Source: a virus
Length of the DNA: 64,000 nt
Reading direction: 5' to 3' (one strand)
IMG/VR virus record: IMGVR_UViG_3300044940_000144
Coordinates: 11,958-75,957 of that record
Part shown: positions 16,962 to 25,042 of the stretch, one piece after another
Numbering within the stretch: position 1 is the stretch's first letter
Layout of the letters: every line of letters begins with the position of its first letter
Notes under the pieces: generated by a model
Database searches by the model: none
Seen by the model: only the letters and a program-made list of their open reading frames with translations
What the model was told of the DNA's origin: nothing
Position numbers and translations under genes: made by a program

Positions 16962-19229
16962 TTACCGCTGATGACGACTGACCAGATGCGCGACCGTCGC
17001 GCGCATGCCGTCCTCAGCGTTCGACACCTCACCGTCGGTAGCGGCGTCAACCACAGCGGCCTTGCCCGAGAGCACTGCCTCCATGTCGGTGTCGATGGAG
17101 TCCTGGCACAGCAGCCAGTAGACGTTCACCATCTCGGCCGTTTGACCGATCCGGTGAACCCGGTCCTCGGCCTGTCGCATGTCCTTGGGCGTCCAGCCCA
17201 GTTCCAGAAACGCGACGTGCGACGCCGCGTGCAGGGTGAACCCTGCCTGCCCGGCCATGAGGCTGACGACGATCAGCCGCGTGTCCGGGTCGTTCTGGAA
17301 CCGCTGCACGGACGCATCGTTGGCGTCGTTAGCGCCTCCGATGACCCGCACCGCGCCCGGGAAGGCCTTGTAGAGCGCCTCCTGGGCCTCGCGGTGGTGG
17401 GCGAACAGCACCAGCTTTTCATCGCTGGACTCCAGGAACTCCTTCGTCCACTCGATGGCGTCGCGCACCTTGCCTTTCGCCGCCAGGCGACGAAGGGCGG
17501 TGAGCCGCGCCAGTGCTTCCGCTTGCAGCACCCTGCCGGGGTCGTAGCCGTTGGCAAGCAGCCACGCCACGAAGTCACGTTCGGCAAGCTCGTATTCGGC
17601 CCGATTCGTCAGGTCGACGTCGATGACCGAACGTAGCTTGGGCGGCAGGTCAGGCATGACCTGAGCCTTCGTGCGCCGCACGTAGCAGGATGACCGGAGC
17701 CGCTGATTGAGCTCCTCAAGGTTCGCGGCACCGCCGTATGTCGTGCCCCACTTGCTGTAGATGGGCTCGCAATAGCGGTTCTTGAACTGCCTGGGGCCAC
17801 CGAACTCGGCGATCCGCCCCATCATCTTGAGAAGCGGGACAAGCTCCACCGGCCGGTTGACGACCGGGGTGCCCGTCAAAAGCAGGACGTTTTCGACCTG
17901 CTTGGAGAGCCACAAAAGCGCACGGGTGCGCTTTGCGTTCTCATTTTTGGCGTAGTGGGCCTCGTCCACGACGAGCATCTTGGGCTGGATCTTCGCAAGC
18001 GCTTCGATCCAGCCTGCGGGCTCGCGCGTCCGGGAGCCGGGCACGGCGTGGAGGTCTCCGAGGATGTCGTAGTTGACGATGACGACGTCCGCGTCAGCCA
18101 CCAAGCCGTAGTCCGGCTTTTTGCCCGCCAGAACGGCGATGTTCAGGCCGGGCATCCACTTGTTGATCTCGCGCTCCCAGTTCCGCTTCAGAGCGGCCGG
18201 GCACACGATGACCAACGGCGCGGCATCCAGATACCACGCCACGCCGAGAGCCTGGAGGGTTTTCCCCAGGCCCATCTCATCGGCGATGAGCACGCCGCCA
18301 GAGGCAAGCCTCTTGATGGCGTACGCGACCCCTGCCCGCTGAAAGCCGAACAGGGACTCGCCCTCGGGGCCGAAGCCGTCGAGGTCAACGACCGCATCAG
18401 TGGCCATGGATTCCTCGATCGAGGTCTCCCGGTCCGCCTGCTGATCGACGAACGAAATCGCCTCATTAGAGACGTCCCATCCGTGACGCAGGGCGTATGC
18501 GACAAGCTCCGGACCGTTCAGGGTGCTGACTTCCCAGATCCGGTTCACCTTGTTCCAGCGCCGCCCCTGCAGATTCCGAAGGAACGTAAGGTTCACTTCG
18601 AAGTCGGGGTGGCCCGGGGTCAGGTACACTGCGAAGGTCTTGCCGTCGCTGTCCAGATCAACCGCCGCAGGAACGATCTCATGCGGCGGCGGGGCCGACG
18701 CAATGTACTCGTCGGCCTTGTCGGTCAGCTTGAACGAGTGCTTCTTGGCGAACTCCGCGACTGCCGAAGCAGAACTCAGCGGAACGCGGTTGAAGCGCCC
18801 GTCCCAATGGCGACCTGGCAACGTCCGGACATCGGTAACGAGATCGGCGTCGTAGCGGAATGCGATGACGAACTCATCGCCTTCCACGTCGATCAGCTTG
18901 GACGACTGCAGAGCTTTTTCCCGAAGCACCTTGCGTCCCGTTGCCTGCATGCGCTCGCGCCCGTAGTAGGTGCTCGCGACCTGGCCCGGGGGCTCGATGG
19001 CATCAAGATTGATCCCGGCGTCGGACAGCTGACGACGGTAGTGGCGAAGCATGGAATATGCCTCCCACGTCTCCTCGTCCGACCACGTGCCCGGGTCGGA
19101 CGCTGCCAGACCGTGGCCGAACGAGGCGTCGGGCTTGGAGTACCCTTGCCCGTCCTCGGATTCGGCCCAGTCGCACCGTGACGCCAGGTAACTGGCGGCC
19201 CGATGCAGAACGGTCCTTGTATCCGTCAT
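16962..19229 (-). CDS. SNF2-family (SMARCAL1/HARP-like) helicase
   Basis: ADEMGLGKT, DEAH, LTGTP, QAEDRVHRIGQ; N-terminal GRHWDG/GRRWN repeats. Confidence 0.92.
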   Translation of the reverse strand: MTDTRTVLHRAASYLASRCDWAESEDGQGYSKPDASFGHGLAASDPGTWSDEETWEAYSMLRHYRRQLSDAGINLDAIEPPGQVASTYYGRERMQATGRKVLREKALQSSKLIDVEGDEFVIAFRYDADLVTDVRTLPGRHWDGRFNRVPLSSASAVAEFAKKHSFKLTDKADEYIASAPPPHEIVPAAVDLDSDGKTFAVYLTPGHPDFEVNLTFLRNLQGRRWNKVNRIWEVSTLNGPELVAYALRHGWDVSNEAISFVDQQADRETSIEESMATDAVVDLDGFGPEGESLFGFQRAGVAYAIKRLASGGVLIADEMGLGKTLQALGVAWYLDAAPLVIVCPAALKRNWEREINKWMPGLNIAVLAGKKPDYGLVADADVVIVNYDILGDLHAVPGSRTREPAGWIEALAKIQPKMLVVDEAHYAKNENAKRTRALLWLSKQVENVLLLTGTPVVNRPVELVPLLKMMGRIAEFGGPRQFKNRYCEPIYSKWGTTYGGAANLEELNQRLRSSCYVRRTKAQVMPDLPPKLRSVIDVDLTNRAEYELAERDFVAWLLANGYDPGRVLQAEALARLTALRRLAAKGKVRDAIEWTKEFLESSDEKLVLFAHHREAQEALYKAFPGAVRVIGGANDANDASVQRFQNDPDTRLIVVSLMAGQAGFTLHAASHVAFLELGWTPKDMRQAEDRVHRIGQTAEMVNVYWLLCQDSIDTDMEAVLSGKAAVVDAATDGEVSNAEDGMRATVAHLVSRHQR

Positions 19230-19259
19230 GGTCCCCCCTTGTTGTGGTGTACGGTAGGC

Positions 19260-19323
19260 GAGCTACCGCGACCTCCCTTTGCAGGGAGGTTTCGGCCTTG
19301 CTCAAGGGCCATCGTCAGGCGGC
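19260..19323 (-). ncRNA. hammerhead ribozyme type I with pseudoknot (B1)
   Basis: GCCGC CUGACGA U GGCC-cuugagcaa-GGCC GAAA CCUCCCU-gcaa-AGGGAGG UC^GCGGU AGCUC; predicted cut 19270/19269. Confidence 0.9.
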
Positions 19324-19341
19324 ATGTAGCTTGATTCCACT

Positions 19342-19560
19342 TCAAGAATCGTCGCCTTTCCTGAGGACGAGCCGCTGCCCCCGGCCGAGGCCGAGGGAGC
19401 ATTCGAAGTAGTCGAAGCACGCTTTGCACAGATACCCCCAGGAACCGCCAGTGGCGGGAATGCGGGCATCTGCGTATGCCTCGCCGTGGGCGGCGTCGAT
19501 GTCGCAGAACGGGATCCTCTCGACGAGGATCGTGTTCGTGGACTTGCCAGGCTCCGACAT
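19342..19560 (-). CDS. small Cys-containing phage protein
   Basis: A.ADA....GSWGYLCKACF...LGLGRGQ motif; shared start motif. Confidence 0.8.
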   Translation of the reverse strand: MSEPGKSTNTILVERIPFCDIDAAHGEAYADARIPATGGSWGYLCKACFDYFECSLGLGRGQRLVLRKGDDS

Positions 19561-19584
19561 GATTCCCCCTTTGGTGCGTTCTCC

Positions 19585-19647
19585 CGCCTCCGTGCGACTC
19601 GTCAGGCCCCGTCCTGGGGCGACGCCCCCCTAGGGGGGCGTTTCGTT
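19585..19647 (-). ncRNA. hammerhead ribozyme type II (A1)
   Basis: AAC GAAA CGCCCCCC-ua-GGGGGGCG UC^GCCCC-aggac-GGGGC CUGACGA GUCGCACGGAGGCG; predicted cut 19621/19620. Confidence 0.88.
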
Positions 19648-19654
19648 CTTGTGT

Positions 19655-20056
19655 CTAGTAGTCCGCAGGCAGCATGGCCGTGTAGAAACCGGCCTCGTTC
19701 TGGACGAACCACACCCGCTCCGACCGGTCGGGCAGCCAGGACGTCAGCAGATAGCCGTCTTGCTTGTCCTCGGTCATCACCGCCTTATCGGCGGTGACTC
19801 TCAAGACGAGCGACGCAAGCGCACGGCGCACCTGCTCCGGCATGTCCACGCCGACCGTTTTGTCGATGCACTTATCGATCTTGCCCATCAGGTGGGACGT
19901 CGCCCTGGTGACGACGCTCCGCGCCACCGGCCACGGAGCGTTTCGCAGGAACACGCCCCAATCGGTGCAGTTGATGAGCACGCCCTCGTCAAGGGCTACC
20001 TCGTCCGAGTAGAACGAATAGATGACGGGTATGTCATCGAACGGGTCGTCGGACAT
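19655..20056 (-). CDS. DUF6573-like hypothetical protein
   Basis: VIYSFY...ALDEGVL N-terminus and TAMLPADY C-terminus. Confidence 0.65.
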   Translation of the reverse strand: MSDDPFDDIPVIYSFYSDEVALDEGVLINCTDWGVFLRNAPWPVARSVVTRATSHLMGKIDKCIDKTVGVDMPEQVRRALASLVLRVTADKAVMTEDKQDGYLLTSWLPDRSERVWFVQNEAGFYTAMLPADY

Positions 20057-20105
20057 TGTTTGTCCCCCCTTTTTGGTTGTGTGCGTTCCCATAATGCAGT
20101 AGCGC

Positions 20106-20168
20106 GAGCTACCGCGACCCCCCGCCAGGGGGGGTTTCGGCCTTGCTCAAGGGCCATCGTCAGGCGGC
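20106..20168 (-). ncRNA. hammerhead ribozyme type I with pseudoknot (B2)
   Basis: Same core as B1 with a different stem III; predicted cut 20116/20115. Confidence 0.9.
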
Positions 20169-20172
20169 GTCG

Positions 20173-20442
20173 CTAAGACTCGTCCGATTGCCAGTACTCC
20201 CCGGAGTTGTGCTGGAAGACCCCCTCGGAGGTGTCAGGCACATACTCGCTCGGGTCCATCACCACGCGGGCCAGGACCTTGAAATCGCCGGAGATGTACC
20301 CGCGCTCCCGGGCCTTGCGAAGGCCCTTGAGCAGGTGCTCCACGGCGGCCTTGCCGTAGCCGTTGTGGACGTCGAAACCGTCGGCGTAGTCGCCGACGCG
20401 CTCGATGGTGACCGAGTAGCTGTACACGGTGTCGTCGCTCAC
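20173..20442 (-). CDS. hypothetical protein, paralog of 20547-20804
   Basis: GTG start after AAGGGGGGACC; SDDTVY...ARERGYISGD. Confidence 0.8.
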   Translation of the reverse strand: MSDDTVYSYSVTIERVGDYADGFDVHNGYGKAAVEHLLKGLRKARERGYISGDFKVLARVVMDPSEYVPDTSEGVFQHNSGEYWQSDES

Positions 20443-20475
20443 CCTTGGTCCCCCCTTGTGTGGTTTTTCGCTTTT

Positions 20476-20539
20476 CGCCTCCGTGCGACTCGTCAGGCCC
20501 CGTCCTGGGGCGACGCCCCCCCTAGGGAGGCGTTTCGTT
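20476..20539 (-). ncRNA. hammerhead ribozyme type II (A2)
   Basis: Same architecture as A1; predicted cut 20512/20511. Confidence 0.88.
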
Positions 20540-20546
20540 TCGCGGG

Positions 20547-20804
20547 CTACATCTTCATCCACCGGTAGCTGTCCTCGAACTGGCCCATCGCGGGCTCCAG
20601 GTAGTCGTCCGGGTCGGTGTACACCGCGCGGGACCGGACCCGGATGTCGCCAACGATGTAGCCACGGTCGCGGGCCTCTTGGAACTCCCGGAGGAGCTGC
20701 TCGGCCGCGCCCTTGGCAGTGCCGTCGTGGTGCTCGCGACCGTCCTGATCATCGCCGACCCGCACGACGTGCAGCAGGTAGCGGTAGACAGTGTCGTCGC
20801 TCAC
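20547..20804 (-). CDS. hypothetical protein, paralog of 20173-20442
   Basis: SDDTVY...ARDRGYIVGD. Confidence 0.8.
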   Translation of the reverse strand: MSDDTVYRYLLHVVRVGDDQDGREHHDGTAKGAAEQLLREFQEARDRGYIVGDIRVRSRAVYTDPDDYLEPAMGQFEDSYRWMKM

Positions 20805-20840
20805 GTTGGTTCCCCCTTCGTAGTGATGATGCAGTAGCGC

Positions 20841-20903
20841 GAGCTACCGCGACCCCCCGCCAGGGGGGGTTTCGGCCTTGCTCAAGGGCCATCGTCAGGC
20901 GGC
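20841..20903 (-). ncRNA. hammerhead ribozyme type I with pseudoknot (B3)
   Basis: Essentially identical to B2; predicted cut 20851/20850. Confidence 0.9.
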
Positions 20904-20905
20904 TT

Positions 20906-21364
20906 TTAGCGTCCGGAGCGCGCTCGGCGCCGATCCTCGTACTCGTCCACGGGGTGGCGAACGATGCGGCGCTCGTCGTCCAGGTCGTAGAGGCTGACCG
21001 GCGAGCACGCCGGGTGCCAGGTCTCGCCACCGCCGTAGGCGATGGTGTGGCCACTGGCGAACTGCTTACCGCAGGAGCGGCAGTGGCCGGGGTACCTCGC
21101 CGTTATCAGCTTGACCGGGCGGACCACGTTCTGGTCGGCCTCGCCAGCGGCGCGCACGAGCTCGCGCATCGCGGCCTCCAGGGCGGCGATGTGGCGCTTG
21201 TGCGAGGCAATCTCCTCAGCCTGACGCTCAATGACGTCGGCCATGTTGAAGATCACGTCGTCGAGCGACCTTACCTTCGCATCGACGTTGGCGAGCGCGC
21301 AGTCGACGGTGTCGAGCTTCTCAGCGAGCGACGCGACCGTCGGACGCACAACAGTAGTACCCAT
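20906..21364 (-). CDS. coiled-coil plus zinc-finger protein
   Basis: Heptad-rich N-terminus; ARYPGHCRSCG...WHPAC. Confidence 0.8.
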   Translation of the reverse strand: MGTTVVRPTVASLAEKLDTVDCALANVDAKVRSLDDVIFNMADVIERQAEEIASHKRHIAALEAAMRELVRAAGEADQNVVRPVKLITARYPGHCRSCGKQFASGHTIAYGGGETWHPACSPVSLYDLDDERRIVRHPVDEYEDRRRARSGR

Positions 21365-21391
21365 GGTTCCCCCTTGTGTGTTCCCGCTTCC

Positions 21392-21455
21392 CGCCTCCGT
21401 GCGACTCGTCAGGCCCCATCCTGGGGCGACGCCCCCAATAGAGGGGCGTTTCGTT
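21392..21455 (-). ncRNA. hammerhead ribozyme type II (A3)
   Basis: Core intact, stems I and III vary; predicted cut 21428/21427. Confidence 0.88.
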
Positions 21456-21461
21456 CGCGGG

Positions 21462-21695
21462 CTAGACGATTTTGGCGTCGTCCGGCGTGCGGCGGCGAAC
21501 CCAGACGTCGAACTGCTCGACTCCTGAGCAGTTACGGGCCTTCAGGCTGAAGCCGCTAGATGTGCCATCGCCGTAGTGAATCTTCGATAGCACGCGGCCG
21601 TCGGAGCACAGGACATAGGTCGTACTGACCCCGGATCCGTACTCGACCCGCCTACGGGCGACCTCAGTCGCGCCGCGAGCACTGATCTTCGCCAT
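21462..21695 (-). CDS. hypothetical protein
   Basis: Shared start motif; 77 aa. Confidence 0.8.
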   Translation of the reverse strand: MAKISARGATEVARRRVEYGSGVSTTYVLCSDGRVLSKIHYGDGTSSGFSLKARNCSGVEQFDVWVRRRTPDDAKIV

Positions 21696-21726
21696 CGTTC
21701 CCCCCTTGTAGTGCGTTCCCCATCAT

Positions 21727-21794
21727 CGCCTTCCGTGCGACTCATCAGGCCCCAATCCATAGGGCGACGCTCCCCTGACGGGGAGCGTTTCGTT
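21727..21794 (-). ncRNA. hammerhead ribozyme type II (A4)
   Basis: CUGAUGA core; stem III CGCUCCCC-guca-GGGGAGCG (covarying); predicted cut 21766/21765. Confidence 0.88.
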
Positions 21795-21800
21795 TAGGGA

Positions 21801-22679
21801 CTACTGACGCCGGAGCGTCTTGCGCGGCCCGCGCTTGGTCTGGACGACCTCGGGCTCGGCCTCGGCCTTCGCCTCCGGCTCGGCCTTCGCCTCCGGCTCG
21901 GTCCGGGCCCCGACGGGCTTGTTCTTGCCGTTGACCCCGACGGACACCTTGAGAGTGCCGGTGGGGTTCTCCGTCGCCGGAGCCTCGCTGACGGCCTCGG
22001 CCTTGTCCGCCGCGTGCTTCTCAGCGAACCCATCGATGACCTTCTGCAGGGCGGACTTCTCCTTGTCCAGCTCGCGAAGCTGGGACTGGTAGTCGTTCGC
22101 CTGCTGCTCGGTCTTCATGTGCTCGATGAGCGTTGACATCGCCGAGAACACGAAGATCACGTCGGACGACAGGCCGGGCATGACCCGCTCGACCGCCTGC
22201 GCGACGGCGTTGCGGAAGGGGTCGGTGACCTTCCGACGGCCGACCATGACGTCGACCTCGTACATGGCGTAGGCCATCACCATCATCCCGAACGCGAAGG
22301 CGTCGCGCGCCTTCGAGACGTGGGCGATCTTCTCCGACGCCGTCATCCGCGTCGGCCGCTGGAAGGCGCTCCCGCCGACGTGCTGGGTCAGGATCTCGAC
22401 CGCCGCCTTGAACTGGGTCGTGAGAATCTCCCGGTCCAGCTTCGGCATGTCGAGGATCGACCCGTCTTTGAACGGGTTCGCGGCCTCCTCGGCGATCGTC
22501 GCCACCACGTCGAGGAACTCGGCGAACTGGGCCGAGTTTTCGGTCGTGGTGTGCTCCGCGCCGCCGAAGACGTGCTCAATCACGTCGTCCTTGGTCATCT
22601 TGCCGATCGCGTCGAGAAGGTCGCCCTCCTCGGTGGGGATCAGGTCGACCTTGCCGGGACGCTTGTAGGACGTGCTCAT
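21801..22679 (-). CDS. hypothetical protein, first gene of the early operon
   Basis: 292 aa with a coiled coil and EAKAEP repeats; shared start motif. Confidence 0.85.
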   Translation of the reverse strand: MSTSYKRPGKVDLIPTEEGDLLDAIGKMTKDDVIEHVFGGAEHTTTENSAQFAEFLDVVATIAEEAANPFKDGSILDMPKLDREILTTQFKAAVEILTQHVGGSAFQRPTRMTASEKIAHVSKARDAFAFGMMVMAYAMYEVDVMVGRRKVTDPFRNAVAQAVERVMPGLSSDVIFVFSAMSTLIEHMKTEQQANDYQSQLRELDKEKSALQKVIDGFAEKHAADKAEAVSEAPATENPTGTLKVSVGVNGKNKPVGARTEPEAKAEPEAKAEAEPEVVQTKRGPRKTLRRQ

Positions 22680-22706
22680 GGGGTTCCCCCTTTTGGGTGT
22701 GTGTTT

Positions 22707-22772
22707 TGCCTCCGTGCGACTCGTCAGGCCCCGTCATAGGGCAACACCCCCCCGGCGGGGGGGTGTTTCGTT
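22707..22772 (-). ncRNA. hammerhead ribozyme type II (A5), GUU cleavage triplet
   Basis: GAAA CACCCCCCC..GGGGGGGUG UU^GCCC..GGGC CUGACGA G; predicted cut 22743/22742. Confidence 0.85.
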
Positions 22773-23156
22773 TGTGGACCGCCCCGAAGGACGTCCACAC
22801 ACACACACACACATAAAGGGTAGGGAACCGATATTTATCGCCTCACTGCACCCAATCCCGTCCGGGGACGGGCAGCGTGGCACGGACAGGGTCCAGTATG
22901 TACGCTGGAACCGAGTGTCGCCAGGGCAGGGGGTCCACAGGACTAACGCACGCGCACGCGTGCGTGACCCTGCATGCTGAGCCCCTCGCGAACGCGCGTC
23001 GCACGCGACGCGCGCGCCAACTTCGAGCCCTCCCTGACCTGCGACCGCCGCGCATAAGCACTCCGTGCGACGCGAGTCCAACTCGCCGCCCGCGCGACCC
23101 CGACGTTCGTGCCCGCGCGACCGCCGCAGCAACCGCGCGTCCGAAATGACACTTCC

Positions 23157-23183
23157 ATGCTAGCACCCCCCATCATGCAATGT

Positions 23184-23186
<3 letters not shown>
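23157..23186 (-). promoter_or_regulatory. strong sigma70-type promoter TTGACA-N18-(TG-c)TAGCAT
   Basis: Perfect -35 at 23181-23186; -10 at 23157-23162. Confidence 0.8.
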
Positions 23187-23599
<413 letters not shown>

Positions 23600-23614
23600 T
23601 TGCCGCCTGAGTGC

Positions 23615-23722
23615 CGGCTACCCCCCCCCGGGGGGGCCGCTACCGCCCCCCGGGGGGGCCGCTACCGCCCCCCGGGGGGGCTACCGCCACGAAGCCCCCC
23701 GCCGGGGAACCGGCGGCTACCG
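23615..23722. repeat. GCTACC repeats with C6-9/G7 palindromes
   Basis: GCTACC(G)CCCCCCGGGGGGG repeated about three times, plus further GCTACC copies. Confidence 0.85.
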
Positions 23723-24289
23723 CATGGGTGCCACCGAGCCCGTCCCGGTCTCCCAGGACAGCAAAAACACCTGGCAGTCGACCACGTCCACCGTGCGCGC
23801 GGACACGATGACGCGGGAGATTTCACGGCGCTTGATCCAACGCTTGGTGACGCTCATGCGGACGATCTGGACGTCGTCCTTCCAGGCGTGCTGATTGAGC
23901 GCGTCCATGACGAGCTTGGCGGCGTTGTCCAAGTCGGGCTTGGTCGCGTACGGATGAGGGAAGCGCTTACCGGACGCCGACAGCGCCCCGGACGACAGCG
24001 TATGCGACCCCGGACGCCGCAGGCAGACAGTGATATCGACCTCGATCGGCTTGTCCTGCCCCAAAAAACACGCCCCGGCGCGTCTCCAAGCCGTCTGGAT
24101 CATCCGTTCGGCGATCTTGGTCCGGTCGCTGGTGCGCGTGTACACGCGGCCGCTGCTGCTAATGCTGAACCGCGGCCGCTCCTTGGTCGGGGCGTAGCGG
24201 TTCGAGTAAGGGTCCTTGGTACCCGCGTTCAGCCCGCCTGGGCCGTGAATGGGGATATCGAACTGGAAGTCACTGACGAGTCTGGTCAT
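23717..24289 (-). CDS. rusA: RusA-family Holliday junction resolvase
   Basis: KERPRF, KPDLDNAAKLVMDALN, W.DD.QI. Confidence 0.9.
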   Translation of the reverse strand: MTRLVSDFQFDIPIHGPGGLNAGTKDPYSNRYAPTKERPRFSISSSGRVYTRTSDRTKIAERMIQTAWRRAGACFLGQDKPIEVDITVCLRRPGSHTLSSGALSASGKRFPHPYATKPDLDNAAKLVMDALNQHAWKDDVQIVRMSVTKRWIKRREISRVIVSARTVDVVDCQVFLLSWETGTGSVAPMR

Positions 24290-24674
24290 GGCTGGGTGGC
24301 TTCCACCTGTCGTCCTTATCCGGATGATCGCGCAGGATCCCGGCGATGGCCAAGGCGTGGAAAACCAAGTGCCCGTAGTGAGCCATGCCGGACTCCGGGT
24401 CGATGTCCTCGCCACGGGCGATCGCGGTCAGATGGCGAAACGCAGAGGCGACCGACAACGACACCGGGTAGCCCTTGCGCCAGTTCTGGGGCGTGTACTT
24501 GGAAGCCCCATACCCGTACACCCGTGCGACCTCGTCCATGAGGTCCCACGGGATCAGATGGTACGCCTCAGGCTTGGCGTCCTTCATAGCGCCCGTATCG
24601 GGATCGGTGTAGCGGATCTCGGCCAGCTGCTGCTGGGCCAGATCGGCGGCGTTGGTGATCTTGCGCACCGTCAA
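24270..24674 (-). CDS. DUF5664 dATP/dGTP diphosphohydrolase-like protein
   Basis: LIP...VARVYGYGASKY..NWRKG...RHL...GEDIDPESG..H. Confidence 0.85.
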   Translation of the reverse strand: MTVRKITNAADLAQQQLAEIRYTDPDTGAMKDAKPEAYHLIPWDLMDEVARVYGYGASKYTPQNWRKGYPVSLSVASAFRHLTAIARGEDIDPESGMAHYGHLVFHALAIAGILRDHPDKDDRWKPPSHDQTRQ

Positions 24675-25042
24675 GACGCCTCTACAGGGAACTCGTCGTC
24701 ATGGCGATTCATGTCCATGCGGCCCGCAAGGCGGTTGGTCAGCTCGCGCAGCCACTCGGTCGGGATCGTCTGGCCCGACTCGATCTGATGCTGACCGGAA
24801 CGCTCGCGCTCGATACGCTGCCGGGCCGCGTCACGACACAGCGTGTAGACCGTTCCCAACGGGGGGGCCGCATAGCCGGTATGGTGCTTGATCGCCTCCG
24901 TCACCGCGGCGTCGAGATCGCGCGGGTCTTGATTGGCAAATGCCCGGTACCACTCCTCCAGGCGCTGCTCGTCCCACGGATCACGCGGCCACAGCGATGC
25001 CAGGCGCGCTGTCTGACGCAGCAGTTGTTCCCGGGTTATCAT
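24671..25042 (-). CDS. putative helicase loader/inhibitor (G39P-like)
   Basis: Follows the initiator; W...F......AAV...I......P pattern. Confidence 0.55.
   Translation of the reverse strand: MITREQLLRQTARLASLWPRDPWDEQRLEEWYRAFANQDPRDLDAAVTEAIKHHTGYAAPPLGTVYTLCRDAARQRIERERSGQHQIESGQTIPTEWLRELTNRLAGRMDMNRHDDEFPVEAS

Noticed and set aside
19260-22772. Dispersed repeats read as a CRISPR array, attC sites or terminators
   Set aside because: The spacers are whole genes, there is no cas operon or integron integrase, and there are no U-tracts on the coding strand. The conserved bases match the hammerhead core.
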